From Candidatus Eiseniibacteriota bacterium (GTDB lineage: Bacteria; Eisenbacteria; RBG-16-71-46; CAVPCR01), in the NCBI GenBank assembly GCA_963702435.1, contig CAVPCR010000004.1:320001-384000 (forward strand): a DNA stretch of 64,000 nt. Reading direction: 5' to 3'. Positions 10,739 through 19,502 of the stretch are shown here, one piece after another. Numbering within the stretch: position 1 is the first letter of the stretch; every line of letters starts with the position of its first letter. A program made the position numbers and the translations under genes. A model generated the notes under the pieces. That model made no database searches. It was not told where the DNA came from and saw nothing but the letters and a program-made list of their open reading frames with translations.

Positions 10739-12868
10739 ATGCGCTCTCTCATCCCGGTCCCGATTCTCCGGATCCTGATCGCGGCGGGGCTCGCCGCCGC
10801 CGGTCTGGCGCTCACGGGCGCGCCGGCCGACGCCCCTGCCGCCGCCGCGCCGGCCCCGGCCGCCCCTGCCGCCGCCGCGCCGGCCCCGGCCGCCACGGCC
10901 GCCCCAGCGCCGGCCGCAGCGTCCGTCTCGGCGCCGGATCCCGGCCGTTTCTTCCGCCTCGCCTACTGCGGTCCCGCCCGCGAGAACGATCCCGCGAGCC
11001 CGCTGGCGACCTTCCCGTGGGAGGAGGCGGCGCGCGGTTTCGGGATGACCATCGTGCAGAGCACGGCGAACGATTACCGCCGCTTCGTGCCGAGCCTCGT
11101 CCGCCGGAACCCGGCGCATCGCGTGCTCTACTACGTTCACGCGCACGGGCTCTATCCGGCCGAGGACCGCGCCGGGGTCGCCAACATGACCGAATCGAAC
11201 TACGTGCATGCGACCGACCCCGCCTCGCTCCGCGTGATCCCGACCGCAGATGGGCTCCTCGTCGACTGGGAACGCGACGAGCGGCTCTTCTACGACGAGA
11301 CGGACGCGATCAGCGAGCTCCGCGACTTCGACGTGCACGGCTACATCGTCTATCGCGCTGCGGGGGACGGCGAGTTCGCACGCATCTGGCCGGCGGTGCC
11401 GCCGGTGGCCGGATCCGGAGCGAGCGCCGATTCGGCGGCGGCCCCGCCGGTGGGAGTGACCCAGCATCTGGATCGCGATGTCGTCCCGGGGACGCGCTAT
11501 CGCTACCTGGTCAGGACGATCGGCCCCGTCTATCACGAGTACGACTTCTCGTGGGTAGAGGGAGCAATCGCCGGGTCCCCGCCCGCGGCGCCGTTCGCCC
11601 ACGAGCATCAGTTCGCGCTCCAGGCCAAGGTCGACTCTGCGCTCTATACCGGGCGCTTCCGGATCCGGGTCGAGACTCCGGGGACGCAGGCCGTTCTCCG
11701 CATCGACATGAATGCCGACCGCGACTACGACGACCCCGGCGAGTCCTTCCCGATGAAGCCGGCGGCCGAGAACTTCGTCGAGGCGATCGTGCCCCTCGAT
11801 CCGCGCGCGCACACCGACTACGAGCTGATGACCGTCTTCGGTTTCGCCTACCGGATCGAGCTCGCGGGCCCCGCCGGCCGGCTCGTGCTGCCGGCCGCCG
11901 GCGCCTACACGACGAGCGTCAACAATCGGGTCCGCTCCGCGTACTACGGCTTCTACCTGATGCACATGAACACGCCGGCATGGCTCGATCGGATCCGGCA
12001 GGAGGTCGACCTCAACGCGCGGCGGGGCGGCATGGTGGGAGGCGTCTTCCTCGACGAGCTGGTGTTCGATCCGGGGATGGGCGTGGACGCGATGCCCGTG
12101 GATCTCGATCAGGACGCGGTGGTGCGGGCAGCCGCGGAGCTCGTGCGGGCGCTCCGCAACGCGCGCCCCGACCTCGCGATCTACATGAACGGAATGGGTG
12201 GATTCACGCCCGCGCTCATCGCGGCGGGGAAGGGCATCGCCACCGGGAGCGATGCGGCAGCGCTCGCCCCGGGCGCGCTCGCCGTCCTCGACACGCTCGC
12301 CGCTTCGGGCCTCGCCGGGGGCATGATCGAGGGCTTCGCGCTTGCGCCCTGGAATCGCGTCCGCGGCGGCGAGCCCGGATTCCCGTCGCCGGGCGAGTGG
12401 CTGGCGCAGCAGGTCATCGCACGGGAGGTGGCGGCGCGCGGACTCGAGGTGCTCTGCCTGGCGCGTCCGCCCGCGGCAGCCGGCGAGAGGGGCCGGCTCT
12501 TCGCGTTCGCGTCGTACCTCGTAGCGAGCGGCACCGCGACCCGTTTCGGTTACATGGCCGATCGCTGCCGCGCCGTGCCTCTCCCCGAGTGGGGCGTGGA
12601 TCTCGGCGCGCCTGGCGCGTTGCTTGCCGCGGGCGACGGGAAGGCCTACGGTCGCGCCTTCGAGCGCGGCGAGGTGTGGGTGAATCCGGAGCCCACGGCG
12701 CGCGTTTCGCTCGGCGCGCGGCCCGGCATGCGGCGACTCGCGCTCGCCGCCGCCGACACGACCGCCGCCGGGCGCGTCGGATGGGAGCCGGTGACGGGAT
12801 CGGTCGAGCTCGGCCCGCATTCGGCCGTGATCCTGGCCCGGGACGCGAACGAGGGAGCTGAACCTTGA
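10739..12868 (+). CDS. Secreted hypothetical protein, possible glycoside hydrolase-like TIM barrel with an inserted FN3-like segment
   Basis: Signal peptide and Ala/Pro linker; GYIVYRA..HLDRDVVPGTRYRYLVR (FN3-like); GGVFLDE, GGMIEGF; C-terminal YGRAFERGEVWVNP. Confidence 0.5.
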   Translation: MRSLIPVPILRILIAAGLAAAGLALTGAPADAPAAAAPAPAAPAAAAPAPAATAAPAPAAASVSAPDPGRFFRLAYCGPARENDPASPLATFPWEEAARGFGMTIVQSTANDYRRFVPSLVRRNPAHRVLYYVHAHGLYPAEDRAGVANMTESNYVHATDPASLRVIPTADGLLVDWERDERLFYDETDAISELRDFDVHGYIVYRAAGDGEFARIWPAVPPVAGSGASADSAAAPPVGVTQHLDRDVVPGTRYRYLVRTIGPVYHEYDFSWVEGAIAGSPPAAPFAHEHQFALQAKVDSALYTGRFRIRVETPGTQAVLRIDMNADRDYDDPGESFPMKPAAENFVEAIVPLDPRAHTDYELMTVFGFAYRIELAGPAGRLVLPAAGAYTTSVNNRVRSAYYGFYLMHMNTPAWLDRIRQEVDLNARRGGMVGGVFLDELVFDPGMGVDAMPVDLDQDAVVRAAAELVRALRNARPDLAIYMNGMGGFTPALIAAGKGIATGSDAAALAPGALAVLDTLAASGLAGGMIEGFALAPWNRVRGGEPGFPSPGEWLAQQVIAREVAARGLEVLCLARPPAAAGERGRLFAFASYLVASGTATRFGYMADRCRAVPLPEWGVDLGAPGALLAAGDGKAYGRAFERGEVWVNPEPTARVSLGARPGMRRLALAAADTTAAGRVGWEPVTGSVELGPHSAVILARDANEGAEP

Positions 12869-13743
12869 GAGTGGAAGCCGATTCGGTCATCGAGCTCGAT
12901 TTCACCGCGCGCATCCTGCCGGAGGACGAGGTGGTCGAGTCGACGCGCGGGCGCGATGCGCTCCTCCTGCATCTCGGGCGGCAGATGCTCGCGCCGGGGA
13001 TCGAGCGGGCCCTCATCGGCATGGAGGCCGGCGAGGAGAAGTCGATCGAGATCGGGCCGGAGGAGGGATACGGCCCGCTTCTCGCCGAGAACATCCACCG
13101 GCGCCGGCGGAGCGACTTCCCGAGCGAGGCAGAGCTCGGGCCGGGGATGCGATTCGCGGCGCGTCTCAAGGATTCGAGCGAGCGGGTCGAGTTCACGGTG
13201 CGCGAGGCGGGGGCCGACGAGGTGGTGATCGACTTCAATCATCCGTTCGCCGGCCGGCGGCTGCGGTACTGGCTTCTCGTCAGGAGCGTGCGCCGGCCGA
13301 CGCTCGCCGAGGAGGACGAGACGCGCCGCATCCTCGCGGCGAGGAGGACCGTGATGCAGGAAGAGACGCCCGGACGTCCGGACGATCCGGCGGCCGACCA
13401 GGCCGTCGCCAGGTCGCCGGAGGTAACGATCGATGACGTCGCCCGCCTCGGGCTGCGCGTCGCCCGCATTGTCGAAGCGTCGCGCGTCGAGGGCGCCGAT
13501 CGGCTGCTCCGGATCGTGGTCGATGCGGGCGGGGAGATGCGCACGATCGTCGCCGGCATCGCGGCCAAGTACCCGCCGGAGAGCCTCGCCGGGCGCTCCA
13601 TCATCCTGGTCGCGAACATGAAGCCCGCGAAGATCCGCGGCATCGAGTCGCGCGGCATGCTGCTCGCAGCGGTCGGGGACGACGGCCGCCCGATCGTCGC
13701 CACTTTCGACGAGCCCGTGCCGCCCGGCGCCCAGGTGCGCTAG
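12865..13743 (+). CDS. FKBP-type (SlyD-like) peptidyl-prolyl isomerase fused to a tRNA-binding OB domain (MetG C-terminal/Trbp111/CsaA-like)
   Basis: N-terminal PGIERALIGMEAGEEKSIEIGPEEGYG and VVIDFNHPFAG; C-terminal LRVARIVEA..ADRLL..RTIVAGI..NMKPAKIRGIESRGMLLAA. Confidence 0.85.
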   Translation: MRVEADSVIELDFTARILPEDEVVESTRGRDALLLHLGRQMLAPGIERALIGMEAGEEKSIEIGPEEGYGPLLAENIHRRRRSDFPSEAELGPGMRFAARLKDSSERVEFTVREAGADEVVIDFNHPFAGRRLRYWLLVRSVRRPTLAEEDETRRILAARRTVMQEETPGRPDDPAADQAVARSPEVTIDDVARLGLRVARIVEASRVEGADRLLRIVVDAGGEMRTIVAGIAAKYPPESLAGRSIILVANMKPAKIRGIESRGMLLAAVGDDGRPIVATFDEPVPPGAQVR

Positions 13744-13767
13744 CCACCCACTCCTCGGAGACACCAC

Positions 13768-14139
13768 ATGCAGCACTCGCCTGAGTTCCTGAAGCTCGTG
13801 AACGACGCCCGGAGCCGCGTCCGCGAGACCGACGTGCACACGACCAAGCAGCAGTTCGATCGCGGGGAGCGCTTCTTCCTCGTTGATACGCGCGAGGAGA
13901 GCGAGTGGAGGAACGGCCATCTGCCGGGGGCCATCCACCTCGGGAAGGGCGTGATCGAGCGCGACATCGAGCGTGTGATCCAGGACAAGGCGGCCCCGAT
14001 CGTCCTCTACTGCGGGGGAGGATTCCGCTCGGTGCTGGCGGCCGACAGCATCCAGAAGATGGGCTACTCGAACGTGGTCTCGATGGATGGGGGATGGCGA
14101 GGGTGGGTCGCCGCCGGGTTTCCAACAGCCAGGGACTGA
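13768..14139 (+). CDS. Rhodanese-like sulfurtransferase
   Basis: LVDTREESEW..GHLPGA, active-site loop LYCGGGFRS, SMDGG. Confidence 0.92.
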   Translation: MQHSPEFLKLVNDARSRVRETDVHTTKQQFDRGERFFLVDTREESEWRNGHLPGAIHLGKGVIERDIERVIQDKAAPIVLYCGGGFRSVLAADSIQKMGYSNVVSMDGGWRGWVAAGFPTARD

Positions 14140-14249
14140 TGTCCCCGGCTCGGCTGCTTCCGGACGAGCCCGAGGTGCGGCGAGGCCGTCCCGGCTTTGA
14201 TCCTGTAAGACATTGTGATGATATGACTTAAAGTCGGCCCTATGATGTG

Positions 14250-14283
14250 TTGACGGTTGCCTGCCCATGTTTAGACATGGACA
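14250..14283 (+). promoter_or_regulatory. Putative sigma70 promoter overlapped by a 22-bp palindromic operator
   Basis: TTGACG (14250) and TAGACA (14272); near-perfect palindrome TGcCCATGTtTAGACATGGaCA at 14262-14283 in an AT-richer intergenic region. Confidence 0.55.
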
Positions 14284-14394
14284 GTTTGAATCTCCCGGGC
14301 TGCGGCACCATCCCAAGTCGTGAATGCGCCGCCGGAAGGCCGGGCCGGCGCTCCGATTGAATGGCCGATGGTAGTAGTCAAGGGAGAATTTTAA

Positions 14395-15831
14395 ATGAAG
14401 CCCACCTCGCTCTTCCGCCGGGCGCTCGTGTTCATGAGCCTGGCCGTGATAGTCGCCTTTGCCGCCGGTTGTGACGACGACGACAACGGGACCAACCCGA
14501 TTCCCGAGGGAGCCGCGATTCGCGTCGTTCATGCCTCGCCCGATGCTCCTGCGGTCGACATCTACGCGGCCGGCTCGACCACGGCTCTCTTCACGAACGT
14601 CGCCTACGGCGAGGTGACCTCTTACAAGGAAACTGACGCCGACACGGTGCAGATCCAGCTCAGGCCGGCCGGCGCTTCGCCGACCTCGCCGCCCGTCTAC
14701 ACGACCGGCAACCTGGCGGTCGCGGAGGACTCAAAGATCACCGCAATCGCGGCCGGGCTCCTTGGTTCGACGGCGCCGGCTGACAGATTCCGCGTCCTCG
14801 CGCTCGTCGAGGGATTCGCCGCTCCTGGTACCAGCGCGCGCGTGCGTATCGTGCATGCAGGCGCCGATGCGCCGACCGTCGCCCTCGATGTGGCCAACGA
14901 CGGTACGCCCGAGATCACCGACTTCGCCCGCTTCGAGGAGACGGGTCCCGCGGGAGTCGAGCTTCCGGCCGGCATCCCGATCGCCATCGGCATCTGGGCC
15001 GGGTCGCCGCTCGCTCGCGTCACCGCCTTCACCACGCCGGCCCTCCCGGCCGGCGGCGAGCTGTTCGTGATCGCCACCGGTCTCCTCCCCCGCCTGCCGC
15101 GCGAGACCGAGGGTTTCTCGCTCCTCGCGGTCGGTCCCACCGGGGCCATCGGTTTCATCAAGCAGGATCCGGTCCTCTTCGCGCTGCACGCATCGCCTGA
15201 TGCGCCGGCCGTCGACATCGGGCCGAGCGGCACGAGCGTGAGCCTCGTCACCGACCTGACCTTCGCCGAGATCTCGACGCCGGTGCAGCTCAAGCCGGGG
15301 ACCTACACGCTCGACTTCCGCGCGGCAGGGACGACGACCGTGGCCGCCACCGCGACGACTCCGGCCCTGGCTGCGGGCGAGCGCTACCTGGCGGTCGCCA
15401 CCGGCTTCCTGGCACCGGAGACGGGTGAGGCGGCCTTCCAGCTCGTGCCGCTCGCCGATGAGTTCGACCTCGAGCTCGTGACTCCGGTCCTGCGTGTGGC
15501 GCACGAGTCGCCGGATGCGCCGGCAGTGGATGTCGGCACGATGACCGGCAGCGTGTTCACACCGCTCGCGCCTTTCAGCAACCTGGCCTTCCCCGCGACC
15601 TCGGCGGCAGCGGGCACCCCGCTCCCCGCGGCCCCGCTGGTCATCGGCATCGCGCCGACGGGCACGACCACTCCGGTCGCCACGTTCAACGTGACGACGG
15701 CGGGCGGGATGCGCGCCGTCGCGGTAGCGGCCGGCGCACTCACGCCGCGGATCGGTGACCAGAGCTTCCGCCTCCTGATCGTCCAGACCGCGGTCTACCC
15801 GTGGACCGTGGCGGCGGTGAATCCCAACTAG
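14395..15831 (+). CDS. DUF4397 repeat lipoprotein
   Basis: Lipobox FAAGC followed by an acidic run; four repeats of the RVVHASPDAPAVDI-type motif. Confidence 0.88.
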   Translation: MKPTSLFRRALVFMSLAVIVAFAAGCDDDDNGTNPIPEGAAIRVVHASPDAPAVDIYAAGSTTALFTNVAYGEVTSYKETDADTVQIQLRPAGASPTSPPVYTTGNLAVAEDSKITAIAAGLLGSTAPADRFRVLALVEGFAAPGTSARVRIVHAGADAPTVALDVANDGTPEITDFARFEETGPAGVELPAGIPIAIGIWAGSPLARVTAFTTPALPAGGELFVIATGLLPRLPRETEGFSLLAVGPTGAIGFIKQDPVLFALHASPDAPAVDIGPSGTSVSLVTDLTFAEISTPVQLKPGTYTLDFRAAGTTTVAATATTPALAAGERYLAVATGFLAPETGEAAFQLVPLADEFDLELVTPVLRVAHESPDAPAVDVGTMTGSVFTPLAPFSNLAFPATSAAAGTPLPAAPLVIGIAPTGTTTPVATFNVTTAGGMRAVAVAAGALTPRIGDQSFRLLIVQTAVYPWTVAAVNPN

Positions 15832-15967
15832 GCAACGCACGCGCGAAGAGCGCCGCGACGTATCGCGAAAGCCAACCGATGGAGCGCGGCGGGGGCCAGT
15901 GGAGACCTGAAGTCCACGAGCTAGATGGCCCTTGCCGCGCTCCGGCCTTTCCAGGTAGGTGAACGCC

Positions 15968-16912
15968 ATGAACCTGACCGTGCCGCCCCTGAACAGCGAC
16001 TCCGGCGGGGAGTCCTCCGCAGAACCCGCGGGCCTTCTCTCGATCGGTGATCTCGCGCAGGCGACCGGGGTGTCGACCGACACCATCCGGGTCTGGGAAC
16101 GGCGCTACGGCCGGCCCGACCCGGTCCGGCTCGAGTCCGGCCACCGCCGCTACACCCGCGCGCACGTGCGCTGGCTCCGGCAAGTGGCGGAGGCCATCGC
16201 CCGCGGTCATCGGCCCTCGCTCGTCGTGCGCATGAGCGACGAGGAGATGCGCGGGATCCTGCTCGCCGGCGCGCCGGAGCCGGCGCCGGCCGCGCCGATC
16301 CGGCGCCTGGTGCAGCACGCCCGCCGACTCGAGGGCGATGTGATCGCGCGCGAGCTCCGGGCCGCGGCCGAGGACCTCGGTCCGCGCGCCTTTCTCGACA
16401 CGATCATCGGCCCGTTGCTCGAGGCCATGGGCCGGGCGTGGGTCGATGGGGAGCTCGACATCCGCCACGAGCACTACCTGTCGGGCCTGCTCGAGGATGT
16501 GCTGCGCGAGATGCGGGGGAAGGTCAGCGTGCCGGCGCGCGCCCCGGTCGTCGCGCTCGCGACCCTGAGCGGCGAAGCGCACGGTTTCGGCCTGCAGGTG
16601 CTGAGTCTCTACCTCCGGACGCTGGGCGTCCGGGCCGAGGTGGTCGGCACGCACACGCCGGCGCACGAGATCGCAGCCGCCGCGCAGGAGCTCGGCGCCG
16701 CAGCGGTGGCGCTGAGCGTGTCCATGGCGACCGGTGGTGTCGACACCGATCGCGTGATCGCCGACCTCCGTCGGCTCCTGCCGGAGGGCGTGCGGCTTCT
16801 GGTGGGCGGGCGCGGAGCGCGCGGCGTGCGCCGCGGTCCGCGCGGCGTCGTTTACGTCGCCGACTGGGCGGCCCTCGAGCGCTGGTGCGCGGAGCTCCCG
16901 TCCCCCGGCTAG
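15968..16912 (+). CDS. MerR-family cobalamin-binding transcriptional regulator (CarH/LitR-like)
   Basis: MerR HTH (IGDLAQATGVSTDTIRVWERRYG..SGHRRY); W-x9-EH (WVDGELDIRHEH); ExHxxG (EAHGFG); VGG. Confidence 0.9.
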   Translation: MNLTVPPLNSDSGGESSAEPAGLLSIGDLAQATGVSTDTIRVWERRYGRPDPVRLESGHRRYTRAHVRWLRQVAEAIARGHRPSLVVRMSDEEMRGILLAGAPEPAPAAPIRRLVQHARRLEGDVIARELRAAAEDLGPRAFLDTIIGPLLEAMGRAWVDGELDIRHEHYLSGLLEDVLREMRGKVSVPARAPVVALATLSGEAHGFGLQVLSLYLRTLGVRAEVVGTHTPAHEIAAAAQELGAAAVALSVSMATGGVDTDRVIADLRRLLPEGVRLLVGGRGARGVRRGPRGVVYVADWAALERWCAELPSPG

Positions 16913-16940
16913 GCGCGACGCGCCTCCGTCGTGGCTGCTT

Positions 16941-16970
16941 TTGACCGCCCCGGCGGGTCCTTGCTAGACT
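16941..16970 (+). promoter_or_regulatory. Putative sigma70 promoter of the ubiD-mqnA operon
   Basis: TTGACC, 18-bp spacer, TAGACT with the TGn extension. Confidence 0.55.
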
Positions 16971-17031
16971 GACGCCTCCTCGCGCATCCCCTGCGCGCGT
17001 GCTATCCGGCTCCCTTGACCACAAGGACGTC

Positions 17032-18654
17032 ATGGCGCCCCATTCCTCTTCCCAGTCGACGCCGGCGCCGGCTGCTCCGCCGGCCTCCACAACCCCGCCG
17101 GCCTCCACAACTCCGCCGGCCTCCACAACTCCGCCCGCCCGCCGCGTTCCCCGCCGCCCCTACGCCGATCTTCGCGAGTTCATCGCCGACCTCGACCGCG
17201 CCGGCGAGCTCTGCCGGATCCGGAGCGAGGTGGACGCGCATCTCGAGGTGAGCGCGATCACCGACCGCACGGCGCGCGCCGGCGGCCCGGCGCTCCTCTT
17301 CGAGAAGGTGCGCGGGCACTCGATGCCGATCCTCATGAACGCGTTCGGCTCGATGGAGCGGTTGACCATGGCGCTCGGCGTCGAGCGCGTCGAGGACCTG
17401 GTCGCCGAGATCGAAGCGGTGATCGAGCTCCCGCGCACCGCGACGGGCGGCGCCGGGCTCTCGCTGCTCGACAAGCTCAAGATGCTGCCGCGGCTCAAGG
17501 AGCTCTCCGAGATCGGCCCCCGCGTGGTGAAGGACGGTCCCTGCCAGGAAGTCGTGCTCACCGGCGAGCGCGCGCGGCTCGATGCGCTCCCCGTGATCCG
17601 GTGCTGGCCGGAGGACGGCGGTCCGTTCATCACGCTGCCGCTCGTCTTCACGCGCCATCCGGAAACCGGGGTGCGCAACATGGGCATGTACCGCATGCAG
17701 GTCTTCGATGCGCAGACGACCGGCATGCACTGGCACCGGCACAAGGGCGGGGCGGGGCACTACTTCGCGGCGGAGCGCCGCGGCGAGCGGCTGCCGGTCG
17801 CGGTCGCGCTCGGCGGGGATCCGCTCCTCGTCTACGCGGCGACCGCGCCGCTTCCCGACGAGGTGGACGAGCTCCTCTTCGCCGGCTTCGTGCGCAAGCG
17901 CGGCGTCGAGCTCGTGCGCGCGAAGACGGTGGACCTCGAGGTCCCGGCCACCGCCGAGATCGTCCTCGAGGGCTACGTCGAGCCGGGCGAGCGGCGGCGC
18001 GAGGGCCCCTTCGGCGACCACACCGGGTACTACTCGCTGCCCGACGATTTCCCGGTCTTCCACCTGACCGCGATCACGCATCGCCGCGATCCGATCTACC
18101 TCTCGACCATCGTCGGCCCGCCGCCGCAGGAGGACGCCTTCCTGGGCAAGGCAACGGAGCGCATCTTCCTCCCGCTCCTCAAGAAGCAGCTGCCCGAGAT
18201 CGTGGACATGAACCTGCCGGTCGAGAGCTGTTTCCACAATCTGGTCATCGTCTCGATCGACAAGCGCTACCCGGGGCACGCGCGCAAGGTGATGAGCGCG
18301 TTCTGGGGTCTCGGGCAGCTCATGTTCTCGAAGATCATCCTGGTCGTGGACCGCGACGTGAACGTGCACGATCCGCGCGAGGTGTTATGGAAGGCGTCCA
18401 ACCACATCGATCCGCGGCGCGACATCGTGTTCGTGGACGGCCCGGTGGACGAGCTCGACCACGCCGCTCCGCTCGTCTGCTACGGGTCGAAGATGGGGAT
18501 CGACGCCACCCACAAGTGGGCGAGCGAGGGTTTCACCCGCGAATGGCCGACCGAGCTCGTGATGCCGTCCGCGGTTCTGGCGCGGGTCGACGAGCTGTGG
18601 CCCGCGCTGGGGATCCGGCTCCCCGAGCGGCCACGGAGCTGGTGGGAGGAGTAA
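17032..18654 (+). CDS. ubiD: UbiD-family menaquinone biosynthesis decarboxylase (MqnL-type)
   Basis: RNMGMYRMQ, EGPFGDHTGYY, GPVDELDH, KMGIDAT; adjacent to mqnA; N-terminal PPASTT repeats. Confidence 0.93.
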   Translation: MAPHSSSQSTPAPAAPPASTTPPASTTPPASTTPPARRVPRRPYADLREFIADLDRAGELCRIRSEVDAHLEVSAITDRTARAGGPALLFEKVRGHSMPILMNAFGSMERLTMALGVERVEDLVAEIEAVIELPRTATGGAGLSLLDKLKMLPRLKELSEIGPRVVKDGPCQEVVLTGERARLDALPVIRCWPEDGGPFITLPLVFTRHPETGVRNMGMYRMQVFDAQTTGMHWHRHKGGAGHYFAAERRGERLPVAVALGGDPLLVYAATAPLPDEVDELLFAGFVRKRGVELVRAKTVDLEVPATAEIVLEGYVEPGERRREGPFGDHTGYYSLPDDFPVFHLTAITHRRDPIYLSTIVGPPPQEDAFLGKATERIFLPLLKKQLPEIVDMNLPVESCFHNLVIVSIDKRYPGHARKVMSAFWGLGQLMFSKIILVVDRDVNVHDPREVLWKASNHIDPRRDIVFVDGPVDELDHAAPLVCYGSKMGIDATHKWASEGFTREWPTELVMPSAVLARVDELWPALGIRLPERPRSWWEE

Positions 18655-18659
18655 CCCGG

Positions 18660-19502
18660 ATGCAGGGAGAGGCAGGCCGGGGAGAGGCGCGCCGGCCGGT
18701 GCTCGCGGTCGTGAGCTACCTGAACACGCGGCCGCTCATCGCGGGGCTCGAGGCGCGTTGCGATCTCGTGTCCGCGGTGCCCGCGCGGTGCTGGGAGCTC
18801 GTCTCCTCCGGAGAGGCCGATCTCGGCGTCATTCCCGCCATCGGCCTCGGCGACGACCCGGAGCTCGCGGTGGTCCCCGATGTGGGGATCGCGGCCGAGG
18901 GACCGGTCGTGTCGGTGGTGCTCGTGACGCGCGTTCCTCTCGCCCGCGTGCGCTCGGTGGCGCTCGATGCGAGCTCGCGCGCCTCGGCCGCTCTTCTCCG
19001 CATCCTGTGCGCGCGGGCCTGGGGGATCGCGCCGCGCTTCGTCCAGGCGCCGCCGGACTGGGCGGCGATGCTCGCGGCGCACGACGCCGCGCTCCTGATC
19101 GGCGATCCGGCCTTCGCGCTCGCCGATGATGCGGGCTTCCGGGCACGCGCCGACCTCGAGATCGTGGATCTCGGCCAGGCGTGGACTGATTGGACCGGGC
19201 TCCCGTTCGTCTTCGCAGTGTGGGCCGGGCGGGCGGAGCGCGTGACGCCGGAGATCGTCGCCGAGCTCCAGGCGGCGCGCGACCGCGGGCTGGCATCGCT
19301 CCCCGCCATCGCGCGCGCCGCGGCGCGAAATCCGGTGGAAGAAGAGAAGAACCTGCGCTACCTGCGGGACACCATCCGCTATTGCCTCGGCCCGCGCGAG
19401 CGCGCCGGGCTCGCGTGCTATCTCGAGCTGGCCGCGGAGCTCGGCCTCCTCGCCGGCGGCCGGCGCGCGCTCGCCGAGCCGGGGACGGCCGGTGGGCGCT
19501 GA
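18660..19502 (+). CDS. mqnA: Chorismate dehydratase (futalosine pathway)
   Basis: SYLNTRPL, GPVVSV, SSRAS, LLIGDPA, DLGQAWTDWTGLPFVFAVW. Confidence 0.88.
   Translation: MQGEAGRGEARRPVLAVVSYLNTRPLIAGLEARCDLVSAVPARCWELVSSGEADLGVIPAIGLGDDPELAVVPDVGIAAEGPVVSVVLVTRVPLARVRSVALDASSRASAALLRILCARAWGIAPRFVQAPPDWAAMLAAHDAALLIGDPAFALADDAGFRARADLEIVDLGQAWTDWTGLPFVFAVWAGRAERVTPEIVAELQAARDRGLASLPAIARAAARNPVEEEKNLRYLRDTIRYCLGPRERAGLACYLELAAELGLLAGGRRALAEPGTAGGR

Noticed and set aside
15832..15967. Cobalamin riboswitch near the B12-binding regulator
   Set aside because: No B12-box or GGGAA/GCCACTG motifs were seen.
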